DNA from: an uncultured Chloroflexia bacterium
Lineage (GTDB): Bacteria; Chloroflexota; Limnocylindria; Limnocylindrales; CSP1-4
Direction: 5' to 3'
Length of the DNA: 64,000 nucleotides
NCBI GenBank assembly: GCA_963813335.1
Contig: CAWEYL010000005.1
Coordinates: 1 to 64,000 of the forward strand
Positions 50,399 to 58,177 of the stretch are shown here, one piece after another. The first letter of the stretch is position 1; each line of letters starts with the position of its first letter. Position numbers and translations under genes: made by a program. The notes under the pieces are model-generated. The model saw only the letters and a list, made by a program, of their open reading frames with translations. It did not search any database and had not been told where the DNA came from.

Positions 50399-51772
50399 AT
50401 GGCGACGGCTCGACTGGCCGAAGTCCGGCTGCCCGAGTTCGGCGTGTCCGAGTTCGCCCCGGAGGTCCCGGCCGCGACCTACGCCGCCCGGCTCGAGGCC
50501 CTGCGCGAACGCGCCGAGCGGGCGGGCTACGACCGCCTCGTCGTGTACGCCGATCGCGAGCACAGCGCCAACCTCGCGTTCCTGAGCGGCTTCGACCCGC
50601 GGTTCGAGGAGGCGATCCTGGTCGTCGGGCCGGTCGGCGACCCGGCCATCCTGCTGGGCAACGAGTGCTACGCCATGGCCGGGGCCGCGCCGCTCCCGAT
50701 GCGCCGGGTCCGCTTCCAGGACCTGAGCCTGCCGAGCCAGCCCCGGGATCGCTCGCAGCCGCTGGCCACGATCCTCGCGGACGAGGGGATCGGCGCCGGG
50801 AGCCGGGTCGGCGTGCTGGGCTGGAAGCCCTACGCCGACCGACGCTGGATCGACATCCCGGCGTTCATCGTGGACGAGCTGCGCGGGCTCGTCGGCGCCT
50901 CGGGGACGGTCGAGAACGCCAACGAGCTGCTGGTCGATCCGGCCGACGGCCTGCGGATCATCAACGACGTCGACCAGCTGGCCGTCTTCGAGCACGCGTC
51001 GTCGCGCACCTCGCAGGGGGTCCGCGACCTGCTCGCCGGCCTGGCGCCGGGGATGCGCGAGCGCGAGGCCGTCCGCCTCCTCGGCTGGGACGGCACGCCG
51101 CTCTCGTGCCACGTGATGCTGACCGCCGGGCCGCGGGCCACGTTCGGGCTGCTGAGCCCGGGCGACCGGCGCATCGAGCGCGGCGACCGGTTCACGACCG
51201 CCTTCGGGATCTGGGGCGCCCTCACCTGCCGGGCGGGCTTCGTCGTCGAGGACGCGGCCGAGCTGCCCGACGGGATCCGCGACTACGTCGAGCGACTCGT
51301 GGGACCGTACTTCGCGGCCGTCGCCGAGTGGTACGGCGCGCTGCACATCGGCCAGACCGGCGGGACGCTGCAGGCCATCATCGACCGGCACCTCGGCGAC
51401 CCGTTCTTCGGGATCTTCCTCAACCCCGGCCACCAGCTGCACCTCGACGAATGGGTGAACTCGCCGATCTGGCCGGGCTCCACGGTCGAGCTGCGCTCCG
51501 GGATGGCGATGCAGGTCGACATCATCCCGGCCACGGGCACCCCCTACTTCACGACCAACATCGAGGACGGCATCGCGCTCGCCGACGAGACCCTGCGCGG
51601 GTCGTTCGCGGCCGCCTACCCCGAGGCGTGGGCGCGCATCGAGGCGCGGCGACGGTTCATGGCCGACACGCTCGGCATCGACCTCCACCCGGACGTGCTG
51701 CCGCTCTCCAACCTGGCGGCCGCCCTGCCGCCGTTCCTCCTGCGCCCCGACCGGGTCATGACCGTCGGCTGA
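50399..51772 (+). CDS. Creatinase/Xaa-Pro aminopeptidase (M24) fold protein with incomplete metal site
   Basis: Creatinase-N-like YADREHSANLAFLSGFDPRFEEA; NPGHQLHLDEW, LRSGMAMQVDI, NIEDGI; GAGGAGG RBS. Confidence 0.75.
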   Translation: MATARLAEVRLPEFGVSEFAPEVPAATYAARLEALRERAERAGYDRLVVYADREHSANLAFLSGFDPRFEEAILVVGPVGDPAILLGNECYAMAGAAPLPMRRVRFQDLSLPSQPRDRSQPLATILADEGIGAGSRVGVLGWKPYADRRWIDIPAFIVDELRGLVGASGTVENANELLVDPADGLRIINDVDQLAVFEHASSRTSQGVRDLLAGLAPGMREREAVRLLGWDGTPLSCHVMLTAGPRATFGLLSPGDRRIERGDRFTTAFGIWGALTCRAGFVVEDAAELPDGIRDYVERLVGPYFAAVAEWYGALHIGQTGGTLQAIIDRHLGDPFFGIFLNPGHQLHLDEWVNSPIWPGSTVELRSGMAMQVDIIPATGTPYFTTNIEDGIALADETLRGSFAAAYPEAWARIEARRRFMADTLGIDLHPDVLPLSNLAAALPPFLLRPDRVMTVG

Positions 51773-51786
51773 GGCGCCAGCCGGAC

Positions 51787-52549
51787 TCAGGTCCTGGCGG
51801 TCCCCGGCTCGAGGCGCGCCCGGAGCAGCGCGCTGCCGGCGGCGTCGAGCAGCCGGAACGACCAGCCGCCGGCGTCGGCCCAGACCGCGGCCTCGAGCGT
51901 GGCGCCGGGCTCGGCCGCCGAGGCGTACTCGAGCCGCATCGCCCGCGGCACGGCGCCGACGGCGCGGGGATCCCCGGCGGCGATGACCGCCTCGTCGACC
52001 CAGTCGGCGTAGACGGCGTTGTTGACGTGGGCCATCGGGTCGAGCTCCTGCGGGCGGACGGTGAAGGCGTGCCGATGCGCGTCCGCAGGCGGGTCATCGA
52101 GGGCGACGCGGCCGAGGGCGAGCGCCCCGGCGGGGACCTGGAAGGTGGCCTCGAAGATCGCCGGGATCCGGATCGGGACGCCGCGGTCGTCCACGAGCAC
52201 CCAGTCGATGTCGACGCGTGGCCACGAGCGCTCCCGCCGCGTCGTGGATGTCCGAGTGGCGGCGCGACCAGACCCGCCGGAAGCCGACGACGTGGGTCGT
52301 CGCGGTCAGGTTCGAACCGACCGGGATCTCGCCGAGGATCGCGAGGCTTGCCGCCCGGACCAGCCAGGTCAGGCGCTGCTCGCCGTACCACGCCCGGTCG
52401 AAGCCGAGCGCCGCCGAGTGGATCCAGGCGAGGTCCTGCGCGTAGCGCAGCAGGGACGACGTCCGCAGGCGGCCATCCGGCGCGGCCTCGTCGAAGCGCA
52501 CGCGGAACGGGGCGCTGAAGCCGGGGCCGGCACCCTCGCCGGTGCTCAT
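51787..52549 (-). CDS. Acyl-ACP thioesterase family (double hotdog), frameshift near 52215
   Basis: FRVRFDEAAPDGRLR..RYAQDLA; VRPQELDPMAHVNNAVYADW. Confidence 0.85.
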
Positions 52550-53220
52550 CGGGGCAGGCCGGCGAGCTCGTCGAGCGTCTCGATCGAGATCAGCCGCGTC
52601 CCCTCGGTCGGGGCGGTCTGGCGATCGAGCCGGACGGCGCACGAGCGCGCGGCATCGAAGACGACCAGGGCGACCGCGAGCCGCTCGTCCTCGTCCGCCG
52701 CGTGGGTCCGCGCGTCGTCGAGCTGGTGGAGGACGTCCGCGTTGATGCCCCGCGCGCCCCACTTGCAGTCGTAGGCCTCGGCCGCGCCCGGGCGCTCGAC
52801 GGTCACGTCGTAGGGGTGGATCTCGGCGGCGACCCCGTCGAACAGGATCCGGCGCTCGCGGCGGACCGCTGGCTCGCCGACCCGTCGCGCCAGCAGGGTC
52901 GCGGTCAGCGACTCGACGATCGCGCCGCGTACCTGACTGCGCACCTGTTCCCCGCGATCGGCCACGGCCAGCGAGGCCGCGAGGACCGCTTCGGAGCGGG
53001 CGCGGTCCGGCGGGTCCGCACCGTCGCCGAACAGCCCGGGGAACGTCGCCCGCCACCCGTCGGGGTCCGTCGTCTCGCCGTTCATCACGGCCCGGGCCAG
53101 GACCCGCTGGGCCGGCGTCGCGTCGGCGAGGAGTGCCGCGGTCGCGGCCACCGCCGGCTCGGCCTGGATCCCCGCGTAGACGACCGCGCGGGCGTCGCGG
53201 GCCGCGTCCTGGAACCTCAC
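52546..53220 (-). CDS. Hypothetical protein with PD-(D/E)XK nuclease-like C-terminal domain
   Basis: RGAIVE helix, PYDVTV, AYDCKW, LHQL in the canonical order; overlaps both neighbours by 4 nt. Confidence 0.6.
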   Translation of the reverse strand: MRFQDAARDARAVVYAGIQAEPAVAATAALLADATPAQRVLARAVMNGETTDPDGWRATFPGLFGDGADPPDRARSEAVLAASLAVADRGEQVRSQVRGAIVESLTATLLARRVGEPAVRRERRILFDGVAAEIHPYDVTVERPGAAEAYDCKWGARGINADVLHQLDDARTHAADEDERLAVALVVFDAARSCAVRLDRQTAPTEGTRLISIETLDELAGLPR

Positions 53221-53519
53221 GGGCGCTCGCCGATCGCGAGCAGCACCACCTGGGGATAGGTCGACAGCCAGTCGATGGCGCGATGCGGGTCGCGGATGCG
53301 CCCGATCTCGTCGATCGCGCGCGCGACCGCCGCTTCCACGGCCGGTGACGCGACCTCGTCGCCGCGTGCGGCGATGGCCGCCTCGATGCGCTCGCGCCAG
53401 GCGGCTTCAAGGTCGGTGACGTAGGTCCACTCGTCCTCGACCTCCTCGCCGAGCGCCTCCAGCTCCCCATAGGCCTCGAGGGCGTCGGCCAGCAGGGCCG
53501 CGATCGTCGGGTCGGACAT
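53217..53519 (-). CDS. Hypothetical small acidic helical protein
   Basis: Coding-like composition; TAGGCT 6 nt before ATG; GTGA overlap with the next gene. Confidence 0.75.
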   Translation of the reverse strand: MSDPTIAALLADALEAYGELEALGEEVEDEWTYVTDLEAAWRERIEAAIAARGDEVASPAVEAAVARAIDEIGRIRDPHRAIDWLSTYPQVVLLAIGERP

Positions 53520-53545
53520 GGGCCAAGCCTACGGCCTGGCGCGGA

Positions 53546-53818
53546 TCAGGAGGTGGCGGGTCTCCCGGAGGGGAGCGCGCGGCCGGGGACCGATCCCTCG
53601 GTGCCGGCCTCGCCGGAGGGCGGTCGGGCGGCTCGCCGCAGCAGGTCCTCGAGGCCGCGCCGCGCCCGCGGGTCCCAGGCACGGGAGTAGATCCGTGTCG
53701 CGGCGGCGCGCACGCGTCCCGCCTCCGCTCGGGAACCGTCCCGCTCGAGTTCGGCGACCCGATCGAGGATGGCGCGATAGAGGGCAGGCAGCTCTTCGGC
53801 GGGAGAGTTCTGCTCCAT
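53546..53818 (-). CDS. Hypothetical small protein
   Basis: EELPALYRAILDRVAELER..IYSRAWD; co-oriented with neighbours. Confidence 0.65.
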   Translation of the reverse strand: MEQNSPAEELPALYRAILDRVAELERDGSRAEAGRVRAAATRIYSRAWDPRARRGLEDLLRRAARPPSGEAGTEGSVPGRALPSGRPATS

Positions 53819-53899
53819 CGTCCGTCACGTTGCGCTCATCGGCCAGCGGAGGGGAATAGCCCAGCGGTCCCGTCGGGGCTCGGCGATGGTCGGAGGCGC

Positions 53900-54202
53900 T
53901 CAGTCGCCCAGGTGGGACCCGCTGCGCACGGCGAACGGCCCCAGGTCGCCGCCCGGCGGGCCCCAACGCTCGCTGACGTCGGTCACCAGGGCTGCCGGCG
54001 GGCCGGCGCGAAGGATGGCCAGGAACGCCTCCAGGCGGTCGCGCGGACCCTGGGCCACGCACCGCACCGAGCCGTCCGGCTCGTTGGCGACCCAGCCCGC
54101 GAGGTCGAGCGCCATCGCCTCGCGCCACGCGAAGTAGCGGTAGCCGACGCCCTGGACGCTGCCGCGGACGATGGCCTCGAGGCGGGCCGGCTCGGTGGTC
54201 AC
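53900..54202 (-). CDS. acyP: Acylphosphatase
   Basis: GSVQGVGYR, GWVANEPDGSV, GPPAALV. Confidence 0.93.
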   Translation of the reverse strand: MTTEPARLEAIVRGSVQGVGYRYFAWREAMALDLAGWVANEPDGSVRCVAQGPRDRLEAFLAILRAGPPAALVTDVSERWGPPGGDLGPFAVRSGSHLGD

Positions 54203-55446
54203 GCCGCCCGGCGGCGATGCGGCCAGTCGAGGACGAGGACGTCGAGGACCAGCTCCGGCGAGCCGTTGGCCGCGAGGAGGGTCGCCGCGCGTTCCGTCGC
54301 CGCGAGCGCCAGCGCGGCCGCGCCATCCGGCAGGTCCGCCGCGGCGGCGGTCAGCTCCTCGAGCAGGTCGGGGTCGCGGACCGCGCGGACGCCGCCGGCA
54401 CTGACCAGGGCGAGATCGCGCGCGACGTCGATCCAGACCGAGACGAGGATCTCGGCCGCGCGGCGCCGCAGCGGGGCCGGGATCGCGCGGCCGACGGCCG
54501 GCTCGGGCGGCTCATCGACGGTCACGTCCGCGGCCGGATCGTCGTCGGTCGCGGCCGGGGCAGGCGGCGGGCCGGTGCCGGCCGCCCCCTTCGCGGGACG
54601 TCGGCCCGAGCGCCCGGCGGTCTTCTCGCCGGCGCCATCCGCCACGGGGAGCGGGGCCATCGCGGCCTCCAGCGCGGTCGACATCGCGATGGCGATCGGC
54701 AGCGCCTCGCGCATGGCGACCAGTCGGCGCGCCGGTCGCGCGGCGAGGAGGTCCAGCAGGGTGCGCGCCAGCTCGGCGCGGGCACGGACCGCGTCGGGGG
54801 CGCGGGCGTAGGCGATGGCGACGCCGGGCCGGCCGGCCGCCAGCCGGGCCAGCCGGGAGGCGAGCGGGGCGTCGGCCACGCCGTGCTCGGCCAGGATCGC
54901 TTCGATGTCGCGCGGGCCGACCGGACCCAGCCGGATCCGCGCGCAGCGCGACCGGATCGTCGGCAGCAGCCGATCGACATCGTCGGCGCACAGGATGATC
55001 GTGACCCCGTCCGGGGTCTCCTCGAGCGTCTTGAGGAGCGCGCCCTGGGCGGCCTCGTTCATCCGGTGGGCCGATTCGATCACGGCGACGCGAGCGCCCC
55101 CCTCGAGCGGCATGAGCAGCAGGTCGCCGATGAGGTCGCGGACGCCGCGCAGCTTCTCGTCACGCCCGCCGATGACGACCTGGCCGCCCGGCCCCTCCGG
55201 CGCCACCACGTGGAGGTCCGGGTGATCGCCGTGCTCGACCAGGCGGCAGCCCCGACAGGTCCGGCACGGGCGCGCCGCGACGTCCGGGTGGACGCACAGC
55301 AGCCCCGCCGCGAGGTCCATCGCGAGCGTCGTCTTGCCGACCCCACCCGGGCCGCTGAGCAGGAGCGCGTGGGGCGCCCCGCCGCGGATCATCCCCTCGA
55401 CGGCGGCCAGCGCCGTGGCCTGGCCGCGCGTCCGGGCGCCGTCCAT
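54199..55446 (-). CDS. holB: DNA polymerase III subunit delta'
   Basis: PHALLLSGPGGVGKT, four-Cys zinc module, HPDL, AHRMNEAAQGALLKTLEE, LLPTIRSRC. Confidence 0.9.
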   Translation of the reverse strand: MDGARTRGQATALAAVEGMIRGGAPHALLLSGPGGVGKTTLAMDLAAGLLCVHPDVAARPCRTCRGCRLVEHGDHPDLHVVAPEGPGGQVVIGGRDEKLRGVRDLIGDLLLMPLEGGARVAVIESAHRMNEAAQGALLKTLEETPDGVTIILCADDVDRLLPTIRSRCARIRLGPVGPRDIEAILAEHGVADAPLASRLARLAAGRPGVAIAYARAPDAVRARAELARTLLDLLAARPARRLVAMREALPIAIAMSTALEAAMAPLPVADGAGEKTAGRSGRRPAKGAAGTGPPPAPAATDDDPAADVTVDEPPEPAVGRAIPAPLRRRAAEILVSVWIDVARDLALVSAGGVRAVRDPDLLEELTAAAADLPDGAAALALAATERAATLLAANGSPELVLDVLVLDWPHRRRAA

Positions 55447-55461
55447 TCGCGTGGAGACGGC

Positions 55462-57276
55462 CTAGGCGGTCGGCGCCTTGCGCGGGGCGCGCGGCTTCTT
55501 CGCCGGTGCCTCGCCCGCATCGGTCCCTGCGACCGCGGCTGCCTTGGATGCGGCCGGCTTGCGGGTCGCCTTCGGCTTCGGGGCGGCGGCGTCGTCGGTC
55601 GCGGCGGCCGTGGCCGCCTTGGATGCGGCCGGCTTGCGGGTCGCCTTCGGCTTCGGGGCGGGGGCGTCGTCGGTCGCGGCGGCCGTGGCCGCCTTGGATG
55701 CGGCCGGCTTGCGGGTCGCCTTCGGCTTCGGGGCGGCGGCGTCGATCGGGGACTCGGGCACGGCTTCCGCGCGCGCCTCGGCCGGCCGCGAGGCGACCGG
55801 CTTGCTGGCGAGCTGGGCCATCAGCTGGGCCTCGAGCTCCGGCGGGACCTCGCTCCATTCGTCGCTGCCACGGCGCGGGGCCGGTGCAGCCCCACCGCCG
55901 CCACCGCTCGATGGACGGGGTCCGCGGTCGTACGACCGGTCCTGCCGCTGACCGGCGGCCGGGGTCCGTCCGCTCACGTCCGGATACCGGTTGATCCCCC
56001 CGCCGCCGCCGCGGCCATAGCGCTCGCGCGCCATCGCCGACTGGTAGGCCGCGCGACCGCCGCGGGCACCGCCGCCACCGCCCCCGCGACCCGCGTTACC
56101 GCGCCGCTGCTCGGCGATCAGGTATTCGGGGATCTCGGGCTCGTCGAAGTCTTCGTCGTCGCTGAGCGGCTTGAACGTCCCGGACGAGGCCGCCGGGGCG
56201 GCCGTCCCGAGCTGCGAATCCCAGACCGAGCCGAACGGCGTCGCCTTGGGGTTGCGCGGCGGGGCGACGATGTCCTCGAGCTCCTCGTGGTCCTCGTCGT
56301 CCTCCGGTTCGACCGCGTGGGTCCGCGCGCCGTTGGACGGTGCCTCGGTCCCGGCCGGTTCGCCCTCGCCACGGCCGCGTCCGCGTCCGCGTCCGCGGCC
56401 ACCGCGGCGGCGCCGGCGGCGGGTGCCGTCGCCGTCCTCGCCATTCGCGGCTCCGGGCAGCTCGACGACCTCGCCGTCGTCATCGAGGGTGAACACCTCG
56501 GCGGCGGCCAGGTCGGCCTCGGTGAGCGACCCCGGCAGGCGCGAGAGCCGCTCGCCGGGCAGCGCTACGAGGCCACCATCGACCGCAGCCGTCGCGGCGA
56601 CGGCTGCGGCGGCGACCGGGCGGGCCCGACCGCGTCCGCGCCCCGAGGCGGCCACCGGCTCCGGCTCGCCGGCACGGCCACGGCCTCGACCACGACCACG
56701 GCCACGGCCGGCACCGGTCCCCTCGGTCTGCTTGTCGGGGACCTCGGTCATCGAGAGGTCCTCGCCGTCGTCGCTGACGCGTCGACCGGAGCGCGAACCC
56801 TTCTCGACGCGCGCGAGCTGGATGATGTCGGTGAAGAGGTCGGCGACCTCGATCAGGTCGGAGCTGGTGTTGCCCCGGAAGCTGATGACCTCGCAGCGGA
56901 CGCCCATCTCCTGGACCGCCCGGATGGCCGGCGCGAAGTCGCCGTCACCGGAGACCACGATGGCGATATCGAGGTTCCGAGCGGTCTTCATCATGTCGAC
57001 CACGAGCTCGATGTCGAGGTTGGCCTTGACCTTGCCGTCCCCGTACTTGCGGATGTCCTTGCTGACGACCTTGTAGTTGCTCCGGCGCAGGAAGTCGTGG
57101 AAGTTGCGCTGGTTCTCGTTGTCCGGATCGAGACCTGTGTACGCGTACGCGCGCACGAGGTCCCGGCCGGCCGTGGCCGACTTGAGCAACGTGACGTAGT
57201 CGATGTCCACGCCGGCGGCCTTGGCCGCATAGAAGATGTTCGCCACGTCAACGAAGACGGCGACGTTCTTGCCCAC
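55462..57276 (-). CDS. NYN (LabA/DUF88, PIN-like) ribonuclease domain with about 445-aa disordered C-terminal tail
   Basis: VFVDVAN (D10), KANLD (D88), SGDGDF (D111/D113); the tail is RG-rich, acidic and Lys/Ala-repeat; AAGGAG RBS. Confidence 0.9.
   Translation of the reverse strand: MGKNVAVFVDVANIFYAAKAAGVDIDYVTLLKSATAGRDLVRAYAYTGLDPDNENQRNFHDFLRRSNYKVVSKDIRKYGDGKVKANLDIELVVDMMKTARNLDIAIVVSGDGDFAPAIRAVQEMGVRCEVISFRGNTSSDLIEVADLFTDIIQLARVEKGSRSGRRVSDDGEDLSMTEVPDKQTEGTGAGRGRGRGRGRGRAGEPEPVAASGRGRGRARPVAAAAVAATAAVDGGLVALPGERLSRLPGSLTEADLAAAEVFTLDDDGEVVELPGAANGEDGDGTRRRRRRGGRGRGRGRGRGEGEPAGTEAPSNGARTHAVEPEDDEDHEELEDIVAPPRNPKATPFGSVWDSQLGTAAPAASSGTFKPLSDDEDFDEPEIPEYLIAEQRRGNAGRGGGGGGARGGRAAYQSAMARERYGRGGGGGINRYPDVSGRTPAAGQRQDRSYDRGPRPSSGGGGGAAPAPRRGSDEWSEVPPELEAQLMAQLASKPVASRPAEARAEAVPESPIDAAAPKPKATRKPAASKAATAAATDDAPAPKPKATRKPAASKAATAAATDDAAAPKPKATRKPAASKAAAVAGTDAGEAPAKKPRAPRKAPTA
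55541..55744 (-). repeat. 75-bp coding tandem repeat (about 2.7 copies) encoding AAPKPKATRKPAASKAATAAATDDA
   Basis: GCCTTGGATG recurs at 55541, 55616 and 55691 with near-identical units. Confidence 0.92.
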
Positions 57277-57337
57277 TCTGACTCCTTGAGTTAGGGATCC
57301 ACCCGGCCGGCGCGAGCACGCTGCACGGCGGGCAGGT

Positions 57338-57805
57338 TCATGAGGAGTGACGCCCGGCAGCTCCAGCCGCCGTCACGATGCGTTGCAGTCGAGGTCCAGC
57401 CACGTCGAAGCCCATCCCTTCCAGGCGGGCCCGGGCGACAGGGTCATCCGGCCGAACGGTCTCGACGACCGTGCAGCCCTTGTTGCTGGCCGATCGCAGG
57501 AGTTCGTCGACGAGCGCCTCCGTGATCCGTTCCGCATCGTGGTCCGGGTCGACGACCAGCAGGTCGATCGTGCCCACGTACCCGCCGGAATGGACCGACG
57601 GACGAAGCGCGAGGACGGCCCCGCCCACGATGAGACGCCGCGATTCCGCGACGACGATGCTGGCCTGCGGCAGGTAGACGAGCTGGCGCATGAGATCCGC
57701 GGCGGCGAGCGGTCCGCCGGCAGCGGTCATCGACAGGGCGCCGTCGCTCAAGGCGACGAGACGGTCGATGTCCGTGACACGGGCGGCTCGGACCAGGTAT
57801 TCCAC
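57338..57805 (-). CDS. GNAT family N-acetyltransferase
   Basis: VRAARVTDID, GTIDLLVVDP, KGCTVVE, LEGMGF; C-terminal part of ORF 57338..59338. The acetyl-CoA motif A looks degenerate (HDAERITEAL). Confidence 0.75.
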   Translation of the reverse strand: MEYLVRAARVTDIDRLVALSDGALSMTAAGGPLAAADLMRQLVYLPQASIVVAESRRLIVGGAVLALRPSVHSGGYVGTIDLLVVDPDHDAERITEALVDELLRSASNKGCTVVETVRPDDPVARARLEGMGFDVAGPRLQRIVTAAGAAGRHSS

Positions 57806-57945
57806 GCGGGCGGGGTACCTCGCAGGGCCGGCGATCCGTCGCCCCCGACCGGAGCTCGAGCAGGGGTCGTACCGATCTCGCGCTCCCCTCGTCGGCGGCG
57901 AGCGAAAGCGCTCGCGACAGGCTGACGGGGCGCGGCCGACCGGTA

Positions 57946-57982
57946 TTGCAATCGGAACGCCGATGCCTATGATACGGCATCG
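57946..57982 (+). promoter_or_regulatory. Candidate liv operon promoter with palindrome around the -10
   Basis: TTGCAA-N16-TATGAT; CGATGCC (57961-57967) and GGCATCG (57976-57982) flank the -10. Confidence 0.55.
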
Positions 57983-58177
57983 CTTCGGCGGCCACCTGCG
58001 CGCCGCTCGGACGCGGGCTCGTAGCCACCACCCGTCACGCACCAGTGCCCGGCATGCGCGGCCCTCCGAGGGGGGCGGCCAGCGCCACCGGGCTCCGGGC
58101 GCCGGGGGTTCGGCTCCGATCCGCGTCGCGGGTCGCCTGCACGGGTGGATTCGACCGGTGATTTGGAGGAGTACTGG

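Noticed and set aside
55541-55744. Tandem repeat as a CRISPR array
   Set aside because: The units are contiguous 75-bp in-frame coding repeats with no unique spacers, and no cas genes are present.
54217-57294. Long plus-strand ORF (1025 aa) and similar antisense ORFs (10180..12579, 12643..15291, 16250..18412, 36409..38799)
   Set aside because: These are shadow ORFs opposite well-supported genes, expected in high-GC DNA with few stop codons; they have no recognisable motifs.
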